64,000 bases of DNA from Escherichia coli. Lineage in GTDB: Bacteria; Pseudomonadota; Gammaproteobacteria; Enterobacterales; Enterobacteriaceae. The notes below the pieces were generated by a model. That model searched no databases and was not told the DNA's origin. It was given only the letters and a program-made list of their open reading frames with translations. Positions 56,346 to 64,000 of the stretch are shown in pieces (the first letter of the stretch is position 1; every line of letters starts with the position of its first letter). The stretch is from NCBI RefSeq assembly GCF_013315695.1, contig NZ_CP054353.1. One strand, given 5' to 3'. The position numbers were made by a program, and so were the translations under genes.

Positions 56346-57782
56346 TTACTCCTGCGAAACGTCATCCCACGCGTCTGGAGAAAGCTGGCGACCGATCTCC
56401 GGATAACGCAACGGATCAAACACCGGGCGCACGCCGAGTTTACGCTGGCGTAGATAATCACTGGCAATGGTATGAACCACAGGCGAGAGCAGTAATATGG
56501 CGGTCAAATTGGTAATAGCCATGCAGGCCATTATGATATCTGCCAGTTGCCACATCAGCGGAAGACTTAGCAAGGTACCGCCGATGACCGTTGCGAAGGT
56601 GCAGATCCGCAGACACCAGATCGCTTTAGGGTTGTTCAGGCGTAAGAAGAAGAGATTGTTTTCGGCATAAATGTAGTTGGCAACGATGGAGCTGAAGGCA
56701 AACAGAATAACCACGAGGGTAACAAACTCCGCACCCCAGGAACCCATTAACACCCGCATCGCCTTCTGGATAAGCTGAATACCTTCCAGCGGCATGTAGG
56801 TTGTGCCGTTACCCGCCAGTAATATCAGCATGGCGCTTGCCGTACAGATGACCAGGGTGTCGATAAAAATGCCAATCATCTGGACAATTCCTTGCGCTGC
56901 CGGATGCGGAGGCCAGGACGCCGCTGCCGCTGCCGCTGCCGCGTTTGGCGTCGACCCCATTCCTGCCTCATTGGAAAACATACTGCGCTGAAAACCGTTA
57001 GTAATCGCCTGGCTTAAGGTATATCCCGCCGCGCCGCCTGCCGCTTCCTGCCAGCCAAAAGCACTCTCAAAAATAGACCAAATGACGTGGGGAAGTTGCC
57101 CGATATTCATTACGCAAATTACCAGGCTGGTCAGTACCCAGATTATCGCCATCAACGGGACAAACCCCTGCATGAGCCGGGCGACGCCATGAAGACCGCG
57201 AGTGATTGCCAGCAGAGCAAAGACAGCGAGAATAATGCCTGTCACCAGCGGAGGAAAATCAAAAGAAAAACTCAGGGCGCGGGCAACGGCGTTCGCCTGA
57301 ACTCCGCTGAAAATTATGCCGTAAGCGATGAGCAAAAAGAGGGCGAACAGAACGCCCATCCAGCGCATCCCCAGCCCGCGCGCCATATACCATGCCGGTC
57401 CGCCACGAAACTGCCCATTAACGTCACGTTCTTTATAAAGTTGTGCAAGGGAACATTCGGTAAACGAGGTCGCCATGCCGATAAACGCGGCAACCCACAT
57501 CCAGAAGACGGCACCTGGTCCACCGGCGGTAATAGCCAGCGCAACGCCAGCCAGGTTGCCGCTACCCACGCGCGCCGCAAGACTGGTACACAATGACTGA
57601 AATGAGGTTAAACCGCCTGGCTGTGGATGAATGCTATTTTTAAGACTTTTGCCAAACTGGCGGATGTAGCGAAACTGCACAAATCCGGTGCGAAAAGTGA
57701 ACCAACAACCTGCGCCGAAGAGCAGGTAAATCATTACCGATCCCCAAAGGACGCTGTTAATAAAGGAGAAAAAATCTGGCAT
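56346..57782 (-). CDS. yaaJ: Alanine/glycine:cation symporter family transporter
   Basis: 478-aa multi-TM ORF containing a poly-Ala stretch. Confidence 0.9.
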   Translation of the reverse strand: MPDFFSFINSVLWGSVMIYLLFGAGCWFTFRTGFVQFRYIRQFGKSLKNSIHPQPGGLTSFQSLCTSLAARVGSGNLAGVALAITAGGPGAVFWMWVAAFIGMATSFTECSLAQLYKERDVNGQFRGGPAWYMARGLGMRWMGVLFALFLLIAYGIIFSGVQANAVARALSFSFDFPPLVTGIILAVFALLAITRGLHGVARLMQGFVPLMAIIWVLTSLVICVMNIGQLPHVIWSIFESAFGWQEAAGGAAGYTLSQAITNGFQRSMFSNEAGMGSTPNAAAAAAAASWPPHPAAQGIVQMIGIFIDTLVICTASAMLILLAGNGTTYMPLEGIQLIQKAMRVLMGSWGAEFVTLVVILFAFSSIVANYIYAENNLFFLRLNNPKAIWCLRICTFATVIGGTLLSLPLMWQLADIIMACMAITNLTAILLLSPVVHTIASDYLRQRKLGVRPVFDPLRYPEIGRQLSPDAWDDVSQE

Positions 57783-58060
57783 GCATATCCCTCTTATTGC
57801 CGGTCGCGATGACTTTCCTGTGTAAACGTTACCAATTGTTTAAGAAGTATATACGCTACGAGGTACTTGATAACTTCTGCGTAGCATACATGAGGTTTTG
57901 TATAAAAATGGCGGGCGATATCAACGCAGTGTCAGAAATCCGAAACAGTCTCGCCTGGCGATAACCGTCTTGTCGGCGGTTGCGCTGACGTTGCGTCGTG
58001 ATATCATCAGGGCAGACCGGTTACATCCCCCTAACAAGCTGTTTAAAGAGAAATACTATC

Positions 58061-59014
58061 ATGACGGACAAATTGACCTCCCTTCGTCAGTACACCACCG
58101 TAGTGGCCGACACTGGGGACATCGCGGCAATGAAGCTGTATCAACCGCAGGATGCCACAACCAACCCTTCTCTCATTCTTAACGCAGCGCAGATTCCGGA
58201 ATACCGTAAGTTGATTGATGATGCTGTCGCCTGGGCGAAACAGCAGAGCAACGATCGCGCGCAGCAGATCGTGGACGCGACCGACAAACTGGCAGTAAAT
58301 ATTGGTCTGGAAATCCTGAAACTGGTTCCGGGCCGTATCTCAACTGAAGTTGATGCGCGTCTTTCCTATGACACCGAAGCGTCAATTGCGAAAGCAAAAC
58401 GCCTGATCAAACTCTACAACGATGCAGGTATTAGCAACGATCGTATTCTGATCAAACTGGCTTCTACCTGGCAGGGTATCCGTGCTGCAGAACAGCTGGA
58501 AAAAGAAGGTATCAACTGTAACCTGACCCTGCTGTTCTCTTTCGCTCAGGCTCGTGCTTGTGCGGAAGCAGGCGTGTTCCTGATCTCGCCATTTGTTGGC
58601 CGTATTCTTGACTGGTACAAAGCGAATACTGATAAGAAAGAGTACGCTCCGGCAGAAGATCCGGGCGTGGTTTCTGTATCTGAAATCTACCAGTACTACA
58701 AAGAGCACGGTTATGAAACCGTGGTGATGGGCGCAAGCTTCCGTAACATCGGCGAAATTCTGGAACTGGCAGGCTGCGACCGTCTGACCATCGCACCGGC
58801 ACTGCTGAAAGAGCTGGCGGAGAGCGAAGGGGCTATCGAACGTAAACTGTCTTACACCGGCGAAGTGAAAGCGCGTCCGGCGCGTATCACTGAGTCCGAG
58901 TTCCTGTGGCAGCACAACCAGGATCCAATGGCAGTAGATAAACTGGCGGAAGGTATCCGTAAGTTTGCTGTTGACCAGGAAAAACTGGAAAAAATGATCG
59001 GCGATCTGCTGTAA
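58061..59014 (+). CDS. talB: Transaldolase B
   Basis: 317-aa from ATG 58061 ([24 protein letters not shown]). Confidence 0.97.
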
Positions 59015-59022
59015 TCATTCTT

Positions 59023-59048
59023 AGCGTGACCGGGAAGTCGGTCACGCT
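59023..59048 (+). terminator. Hairpin downstream of talB
   Basis: agcgtgaccgg-gaagt-cggtcacgct; weak U-tract. Confidence 0.5.
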
Positions 59049-59128
59049 ACCTCTTCTGAAGCCTGTCTGTCACTCCCTTCGCAGTGTATCATTCTGTTTA
59101 ACGAGACTGTTTAAACGGAAAAATCTTG

Positions 59129-59716
59129 ATGAATACTTTACGTATTGGCTTAGTTTCCATCTCTGATCGCGCATCCAGCGGCGTTTATCAGGATAAAGGC
59201 ATCCCTGCGCTGGAAGAATGGCTGACATCGGCGCTAACCACGCCGTTTGAACTGGAAACCCGCTTAATCCCCGATGAGCAGGCGATCATCGAGCAAACGT
59301 TGTGTGAGCTGGTGGATGAAATGAGTTGCCATCTGGTGCTCACCACGGGCGGAACTGGCCCGGCGCGTCGTGACGTAACGCCCGATGCGACGCTGGCAGT
59401 AGCGGACCGCGAGATGCCAGGCTTTGGTGAACAGATGCGCCAGATCAGCCTGCATTTTGTACCAACTGCGATCCTTTCGCGTCAGGTGGGTGTGATTCGC
59501 AAACAGGCGCTGATCCTTAACTTACCCGGTCAGCCGAAGTCGATTAAAGAGACGCTGGAAGGTGTAAAGGACGCTGAGGGTAACGTTGTGGTGCACGGTA
59601 TTTTTGCCAGCGTACCGTACTGCATTCAGTTGCTGGAAGGGCCATACGTTGAAACGGCACCGGAAGTGGTTGCTGCATTCAGACCGAAGAGTGCAAGACG
59701 CGAAGTTAGCGAATAA
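59129..59716 (+). CDS. mog: Molybdopterin adenylyltransferase
   Basis: 195-aa from ATG 59129 (MNTLRIGLVSISDRAS). Confidence 0.95.
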   Translation: MNTLRIGLVSISDRASSGVYQDKGIPALEEWLTSALTTPFELETRLIPDEQAIIEQTLCELVDEMSCHLVLTTGGTGPARRDVTPDATLAVADREMPGFGEQMRQISLHFVPTAILSRQVGVIRKQALILNLPGQPKSIKETLEGVKDAEGNVVVHGIFASVPYCIQLLEGPYVETAPEVVAAFRPKSARREVSE

Positions 59717-59736
59717 AAAAATCCCCCCGGGCGGGG

Positions 59737-61162
59737 TAATGCCAGTCAGTTAAGCAACTGACTGGCTCTTTTTCGGGGCTGTGGGGTATTTCCAGGGCCT
59801 CTCCTTTACCACTCTCGGGAAGGCCCTTTCCCTTCTTGTCGGTAATTTCACAAGTTGTCCCATACTTGCAAGATCGCGCATCAGCTCCGGTATACGTCCC
59901 GGTGAAGCGCCCTGCAATGTCATCAGCATTCTCATCACCATTCCGCATGATTCTGAGAAACTCAGTTGATTCGGCCAGTAACCTTTCAGATGTTCCGCCA
60001 TTTTAATCATCTGATATCTCACCAGATTATAAGCCAGTAAGACACCCCACAGCTCTTGCTCCACAAGCTCCGGTTTTTTACTTCTCAGCGTCAGCCTGCT
60101 CAGTTGCATCGTCTGTTTTATCTCCCTGTATCCCAGTTCGATTTCCCAGCGATGACTGTACAGATCCGCCATTTCTCCTCCGGGGAAGCGCATGGCGTCC
60201 GTCATCGACGTCAGCAGATGGCAGACTTTTCCTTTGCGCGTCACGGTCAGCAGGCGGGCTGTCACTTCATTTCCCAGTCCCGGCCACTTTTTTCGTGCCT
60301 GCGGGCTGGTTTTCAGCTTCACCAGATGATCGCCTTTACCCAGTTTTCTGATCTCTTCATATTGCGCTCCCTTTCTGAGAGGTATCATCCAGTGGCGGTG
60401 TTCTCCCGCCAGGCTCCAGGCATTTAACAGTCCCAGTGAGTAATAACCTTTATCCATTAACGTCAGAGTGTTATCGCCGGTTTGTTCTATAAGTTGCTCA
60501 GCAAGCTCATTTTCGCTGTTCTTCATCGTGCCGAAGGCTGCAGCCGTCAGCAGATGGCTGGTCAGTTCCATCTGGCAGACCATTTTGACCTGCGGGTAGA
60601 GCGCCGGGTTCCCGGCATGTGTCTGGCGGGGGAAGGCTGCATCGTTCTCTGGTGTATCCGGTGTGCGCCAGAACACACCATCGATGGCCAGCAGGGTCAG
60701 GCCGCACCAGTGCGGATGCGGCGTGGCGTTATGCCAGAGCTGCGCTGTTTTCGTGAACACGCGGCGGACAGCCTCACTTCCCAGGCGCTGGCGGGCCTGA
60801 ATAACGGCACTGGGGGCAACGAAGGGGCGATTGCCCGGCAGCATGATGTCCAGGCGATTCACAATCTGGTGAAGAGGTTCTTTACGCTCAAGCGCCATGC
60901 CAACAATACACCAGACCATCATTTCGAGGGGAAGACGGCGCTTGCGTAGCGTTACAGTACCTGATTCGGCAAGGCAACGAGAGATGAGTTCGGGGTCGAG
61001 GTAATCCCCCAGAGAAGTCAGTGGGTTACGCAGAGAATCGTAACGGGATACCAGATCAAGAGCCTGTCCAATGTGCATAAAAAAATCCGGAAACAAGTGA
61101 GCGTTTCCGGATTCTTACACAGCCACTGGATCGGTCAACTGATCCTTAACTGATCGGCATTA
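59737..61162 (-). mobile_element. IS4 insertion sequence, complete (1426 bp), flanked by 12-bp direct repeats
   Basis: 18-bp terminal inverted repeats taatgccagtcagttaag / cttaactgatcggcatta; identical 12-mer ccccgggcgggg at 59725-59736 and 61163-61174. Confidence 0.9.
59750..61078 (-). CDS. insG: IS4 transposase (DDE, IS4 family)
   Basis: 442-aa from [16 protein letters not shown]...; contains HRWEIE...YREIK motif of IS4-family transposases. Confidence 0.9.
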   Translation of the reverse strand: MHIGQALDLVSRYDSLRNPLTSLGDYLDPELISRCLAESGTVTLRKRRLPLEMMVWCIVGMALERKEPLHQIVNRLDIMLPGNRPFVAPSAVIQARQRLGSEAVRRVFTKTAQLWHNATPHPHWCGLTLLAIDGVFWRTPDTPENDAAFPRQTHAGNPALYPQVKMVCQMELTSHLLTAAAFGTMKNSENELAEQLIEQTGDNTLTLMDKGYYSLGLLNAWSLAGEHRHWMIPLRKGAQYEEIRKLGKGDHLVKLKTSPQARKKWPGLGNEVTARLLTVTRKGKVCHLLTSMTDAMRFPGGEMADLYSHRWEIELGYREIKQTMQLSRLTLRSKKPELVEQELWGVLLAYNLVRYQMIKMAEHLKGYWPNQLSFSESCGMVMRMLMTLQGASPGRIPELMRDLASMGQLVKLPTRRERAFPRVVKERPWKYPTAPKKSQSVA

Positions 61163-61188
61163 CCCCGGGCGGGGGGATCTCAAAACAA

Positions 61189-61755
61189 TTAGTGCGATTC
61201 ATCAATCGGCAGAACGGTGCGACCAAACTGCTCGTTCAGCACTTCACCCATCGCCAGATAGATTGCGCTGGCACCGCAGATCAGACCAATCCAGCCGGCA
61301 AAGTGGATGATCGCGGCATTACCGACAATGTTACCGATCGCCAGCAGGGCAAACAGCACGGTCAGGCTAAAGAAAACGAATTGCAGAACGCGTGCGCCTT
61401 TCAGCGTGCCGAAGAACATAAACAGCGTAAATACGCCCCACAGACCCAGGTAGACACCAAGGAACTGTGCATTTGGCGCATCGGTCAGACCCAGTTTCGG
61501 CATCAGCAGAATCGCAACCAGCGTCAGCCAGAAAGAACCGTAAGAGGTGAATGCGGTTAAACCGAAAGTGTTGCCTTTTTTGTACTCCAGCAGACCAGCA
61601 AAAATTTGCGCGATGCCGCCGTAGAAAATGCCCATTGCAAGAATAATACCGTCAAGAGCGAAATAACCCACGTTGTGCAGGTTAAGCAGAATGGTGGTCA
61701 TGCCGAAGCCCATCAAGCCCAGCGGTGCCGGATTAGCCAACTTAGTGTTGCCCAT
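61189..61755 (-). CDS. satP: Succinate-acetate/proton symporter
   Basis: 188-aa 6-TM ORF MGNTKLANPAPLGLMGFGMTTILLNL (GPR1/FUN34/YaaH family). Confidence 0.95.
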   Translation of the reverse strand: MGNTKLANPAPLGLMGFGMTTILLNLHNVGYFALDGIILAMGIFYGGIAQIFAGLLEYKKGNTFGLTAFTSYGSFWLTLVAILLMPKLGLTDAPNAQFLGVYLGLWGVFTLFMFFGTLKGARVLQFVFFSLTVLFALLAIGNIVGNAAIIHFAGWIGLICGASAIYLAMGEVLNEQFGRTVLPIDESH

Positions 61756-61903
61756 AATTCCTCAAAAATCATCATCGAATGAATGGTGAAATAATTTCCC
61801 TGAATAACTGTAGTGTTTTCAGGGCGCGGCATAATAATCAGCCAGTGGGGCAGTGTCTACGATCTTTTGAAGGGAAAATGAAAATTTTCCCCGGTTTCCG
61901 GTA

Positions 61904-62617
61904 TCAGACCTGAGTGGCACTAACCATCCGGCGCAGGCAGGCGATTTGCAGTACGGCTGGAATCGTCACGCGATAGGCGCTGCCGCTGACCGCTTTAACC
62001 CCATTTAGTGCCGCGCCTACAGGGCCTCCCAGCCCCGCGCCGCGAAGCAAACCATGCCCAAGTACGCTCATTGCTGCGTGGGTGCGTAAAATGCGGGTCA
62101 ATTGGCTGGAAAGCAAATGCGACACGCCTTTTGCCAATAATTTGTCTTTCATCAGCAGCGGCAGCAGCTCTTCCAGCTCATTCACCCTGGCATCGACCGC
62201 GTGCAGAAACTCCTGCTTATGTTCCTCGTCCATTTTCTTCCAGGTATTACGCAGAAATTGTTCCAGTAACTGTTGCTCAATTTCAAACGTAGACATCTCT
62301 TTGTCGGCTTTCAGCTTCAATCGTTTTGAAACATCGAGCAAAATGGCCCGATACAATTTACCGTGTCCGCGCAGTTTGTTGGCGATACTATCGCCACCAA
62401 AATGTTGTAATTCTCCGGCAATCAGCTGCCAGTTGCGGCGGTGTTGCTCGGGATGTCCTTCCATCGATTTAAACAGTTCGTTGCGCATCAGTACGCTGGA
62501 GAGGCGAGTTTTGCCTTTTTCATTATGAGTGAGCAGCCGGGCGAAATTTGCCAATTGTTCCTCACTACAATGCTGGAGAAAATCCAGATCTGAATCATTC
62601 AGGTAATTAACATTCAT
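61904..62617 (-). CDS. yaaW: UPF0174 protein YaaW
   Basis: 237-aa ORF. Confidence 0.85.
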   Translation of the reverse strand: MNVNYLNDSDLDFLQHCSEEQLANFARLLTHNEKGKTRLSSVLMRNELFKSMEGHPEQHRRNWQLIAGELQHFGGDSIANKLRGHGKLYRAILLDVSKRLKLKADKEMSTFEIEQQLLEQFLRNTWKKMDEEHKQEFLHAVDARVNELEELLPLLMKDKLLAKGVSHLLSSQLTRILRTHAAMSVLGHGLLRGAGLGGPVGAALNGVKAVSGSAYRVTIPAVLQIACLRRMVSATQV

Positions 62618-62642
62618 TTTTTGTGGCTTCTATATTCTGGCG

Positions 62643-63047
62643 TTAGTCGTCGCCGATAATTTTCAGCGTGGCCATATCCGATGAGTTCACCGTATGACCG
62701 GAAAAGGTGATTTTTGAGACGCAGCGTTTATTGTTGTTATCGCTGTTAATGTTGATCCAGTCAGTGGTTTGCCCTTCTTTTATTTCTGAAGGAATATTCA
62801 GACTCTGACTGGCGCTACGGGCGGCTTTGAAATAAACCGATGCACCACTTAACTGTAAATCGCCATGGTCGGCAGTGAGTTGAATACGTTTAACAATGCG
62901 ACAAACAGGAAGTTTCAGCGCCAGATCGTTGGTTTCGTTACGCGGCATCGCAATGACGCCGAGGATTTTATGGTTGTTTGCCTGCGCCGTGCAGCACAGC
63001 AGCAGGCTAATCGCCAGGCTGGCGGAAAGCGTAAAAACGGATTTCAT
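62643..63047 (-). CDS. yaaI: Periplasmic DUF2541 protein YaaI
   Basis: 134-aa ORF with signal peptide [23 protein letters not shown]. Confidence 0.85.
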   Translation of the reverse strand: MKSVFTLSASLAISLLLCCTAQANNHKILGVIAMPRNETNDLALKLPVCRIVKRIQLTADHGDLQLSGASVYFKAARSASQSLNIPSEIKEGQTTDWININSDNNNKRCVSKITFSGHTVNSSDMATLKIIGDD

Positions 63048-63422
63048 AAGTATTCTCTTAGTGGGGAGAGGTAGGGGATGAATACCCGCTAGTTTACTGC
63101 TGATAAAGAGAAGATTCAGGTACGTAATATTTTCTTTTTATTACAATTTTTCTATGAATGTCTTGGCTGTCATTCATTCTCTATATGAATAAAATTGCTG
63201 TCAGTTTCATGTCTTGTCCTGCCATATCGCGAAATTTCTGCGCAAAAGCACAAAAAATTTTTGCATCTCCCCCTTGATGACGTGGGTTACGACCCCATTT
63301 AGTAGTCAACCGCAGTGAGTGAGTCTGCAAAAAAATGAAATTGGGCAGTTGAAACCAGACGTTTCGCCCCTATTACAGACTCACAACCACATGATGACCG
63401 AATATATAGTGGAGACGTTTAG

Positions 63423-64000
63423 ATGGGTAAAATAATTGGTATCGACCTGGGTACTACCAACTCTTGTGTAGCGATTATGGATGGCACCACTCCTCGTGTA
63501 CTGGAGAACGCCGAAGGCGATCGCACCACGCCTTCTATCATTGCCTATACCCAGGATGGTGAAACTCTGGTTGGTCAGCCGGCTAAACGTCAGGCAGTGA
63601 CGAACCCGCAAAACACCCTGTTTGCGATTAAACGCCTGATTGGCCGCCGCTTCCAGGACGAAGAAGTACAGCGTGATGTTTCCATCATGCCGTTCAAAAT
63701 TATTGCTGCTGATAACGGCGACGCATGGGTCGAAGTTAAAGGCCAGAAAATGGCACCGCCGCAGATCTCTGCTGAAGTGCTGAAAAAAATGAAGAAAACC
63801 GCTGAAGATTACCTGGGTGAACCGGTAACTGAAGCTGTTATCACCGTACCGGCATACTTTAACGATGCTCAGCGTCAGGCAACCAAAGACGCAGGCCGTA
63901 TCGCTGGTCTGGAAGTAAAACGTATCATCAACGAACCGACCGCAGCTGCGCTGGCTTACGGTCTGGACAAAGGTACTGGCAACCGTACTATCGCGGTTTA
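63423..64000 (+). CDS. dnaK: Molecular chaperone DnaK (Hsp70), 5' part only; runs off window end
   Basis: [43 protein letters not shown]...; truncated by window boundary. Confidence 0.97.

Noticed and set aside
62082-62528. 148-aa ORF antisense to yaaW (position of the historically annotated htgA)
   Set aside because: Cys/Ser-rich low-complexity translation overlapping yaaW on the opposite strand with no sequence support for expression; most likely a spurious overlapping ORF.

Overview
This window reads as a syntenic block of Escherichia coli core chromosome: tsr, lgoT, lgoD, opgB, dnaC/dnaT, yjjQ-bglJ, fhuF, a tandem tRNA-Leu operon, rsmC, holD, rimI, prfC, osmY, yjjW-yjjI, deoCABD, yjjJ, lplA, serB, radA, nadR, ettA, slt, trpR, rob, creABCD, arcA, thrLABC, yaaX/yaaA/yaaJ, talB, mog, satP, yaaW, yaaI and the 5' end of dnaK. 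Gene identities were recognised from the supplied translations and gene order, and boundaries were refined by reading start codons and Shine-Dalgarno sequences. Nearly everything is well-characterised housekeeping or regulatory content, and I do not see a convincing undescribed multi-gene system. What stands out are local departures from the K-12 arrangement as I remember it: (1) an intact IS5 sits where the regulator lgoR should be, with no matching target-site duplication; (2) an intact IS4 with a perfect 12-bp target duplication is inserted in the mog/satP terminator hairpin; (3) yjjA carries an in-frame amber codon just after its signal peptide; (4) the tRNA-Leu operon has four tandem copies, one of them divergent; (5) a low-GC 94-aa XRE-type HTH ORF followed by a REP-like palindrome lies between nadR and ettA; (6) three tandem 12-bp direct repeats abut the start codon of the HipA-like kinase gene yjjJ. 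The least-characterised functional unit is the yjjW-yjjI glycyl-radical activase/enzyme pair. All comparisons to K-12 are from memory and need alignment to confirm.
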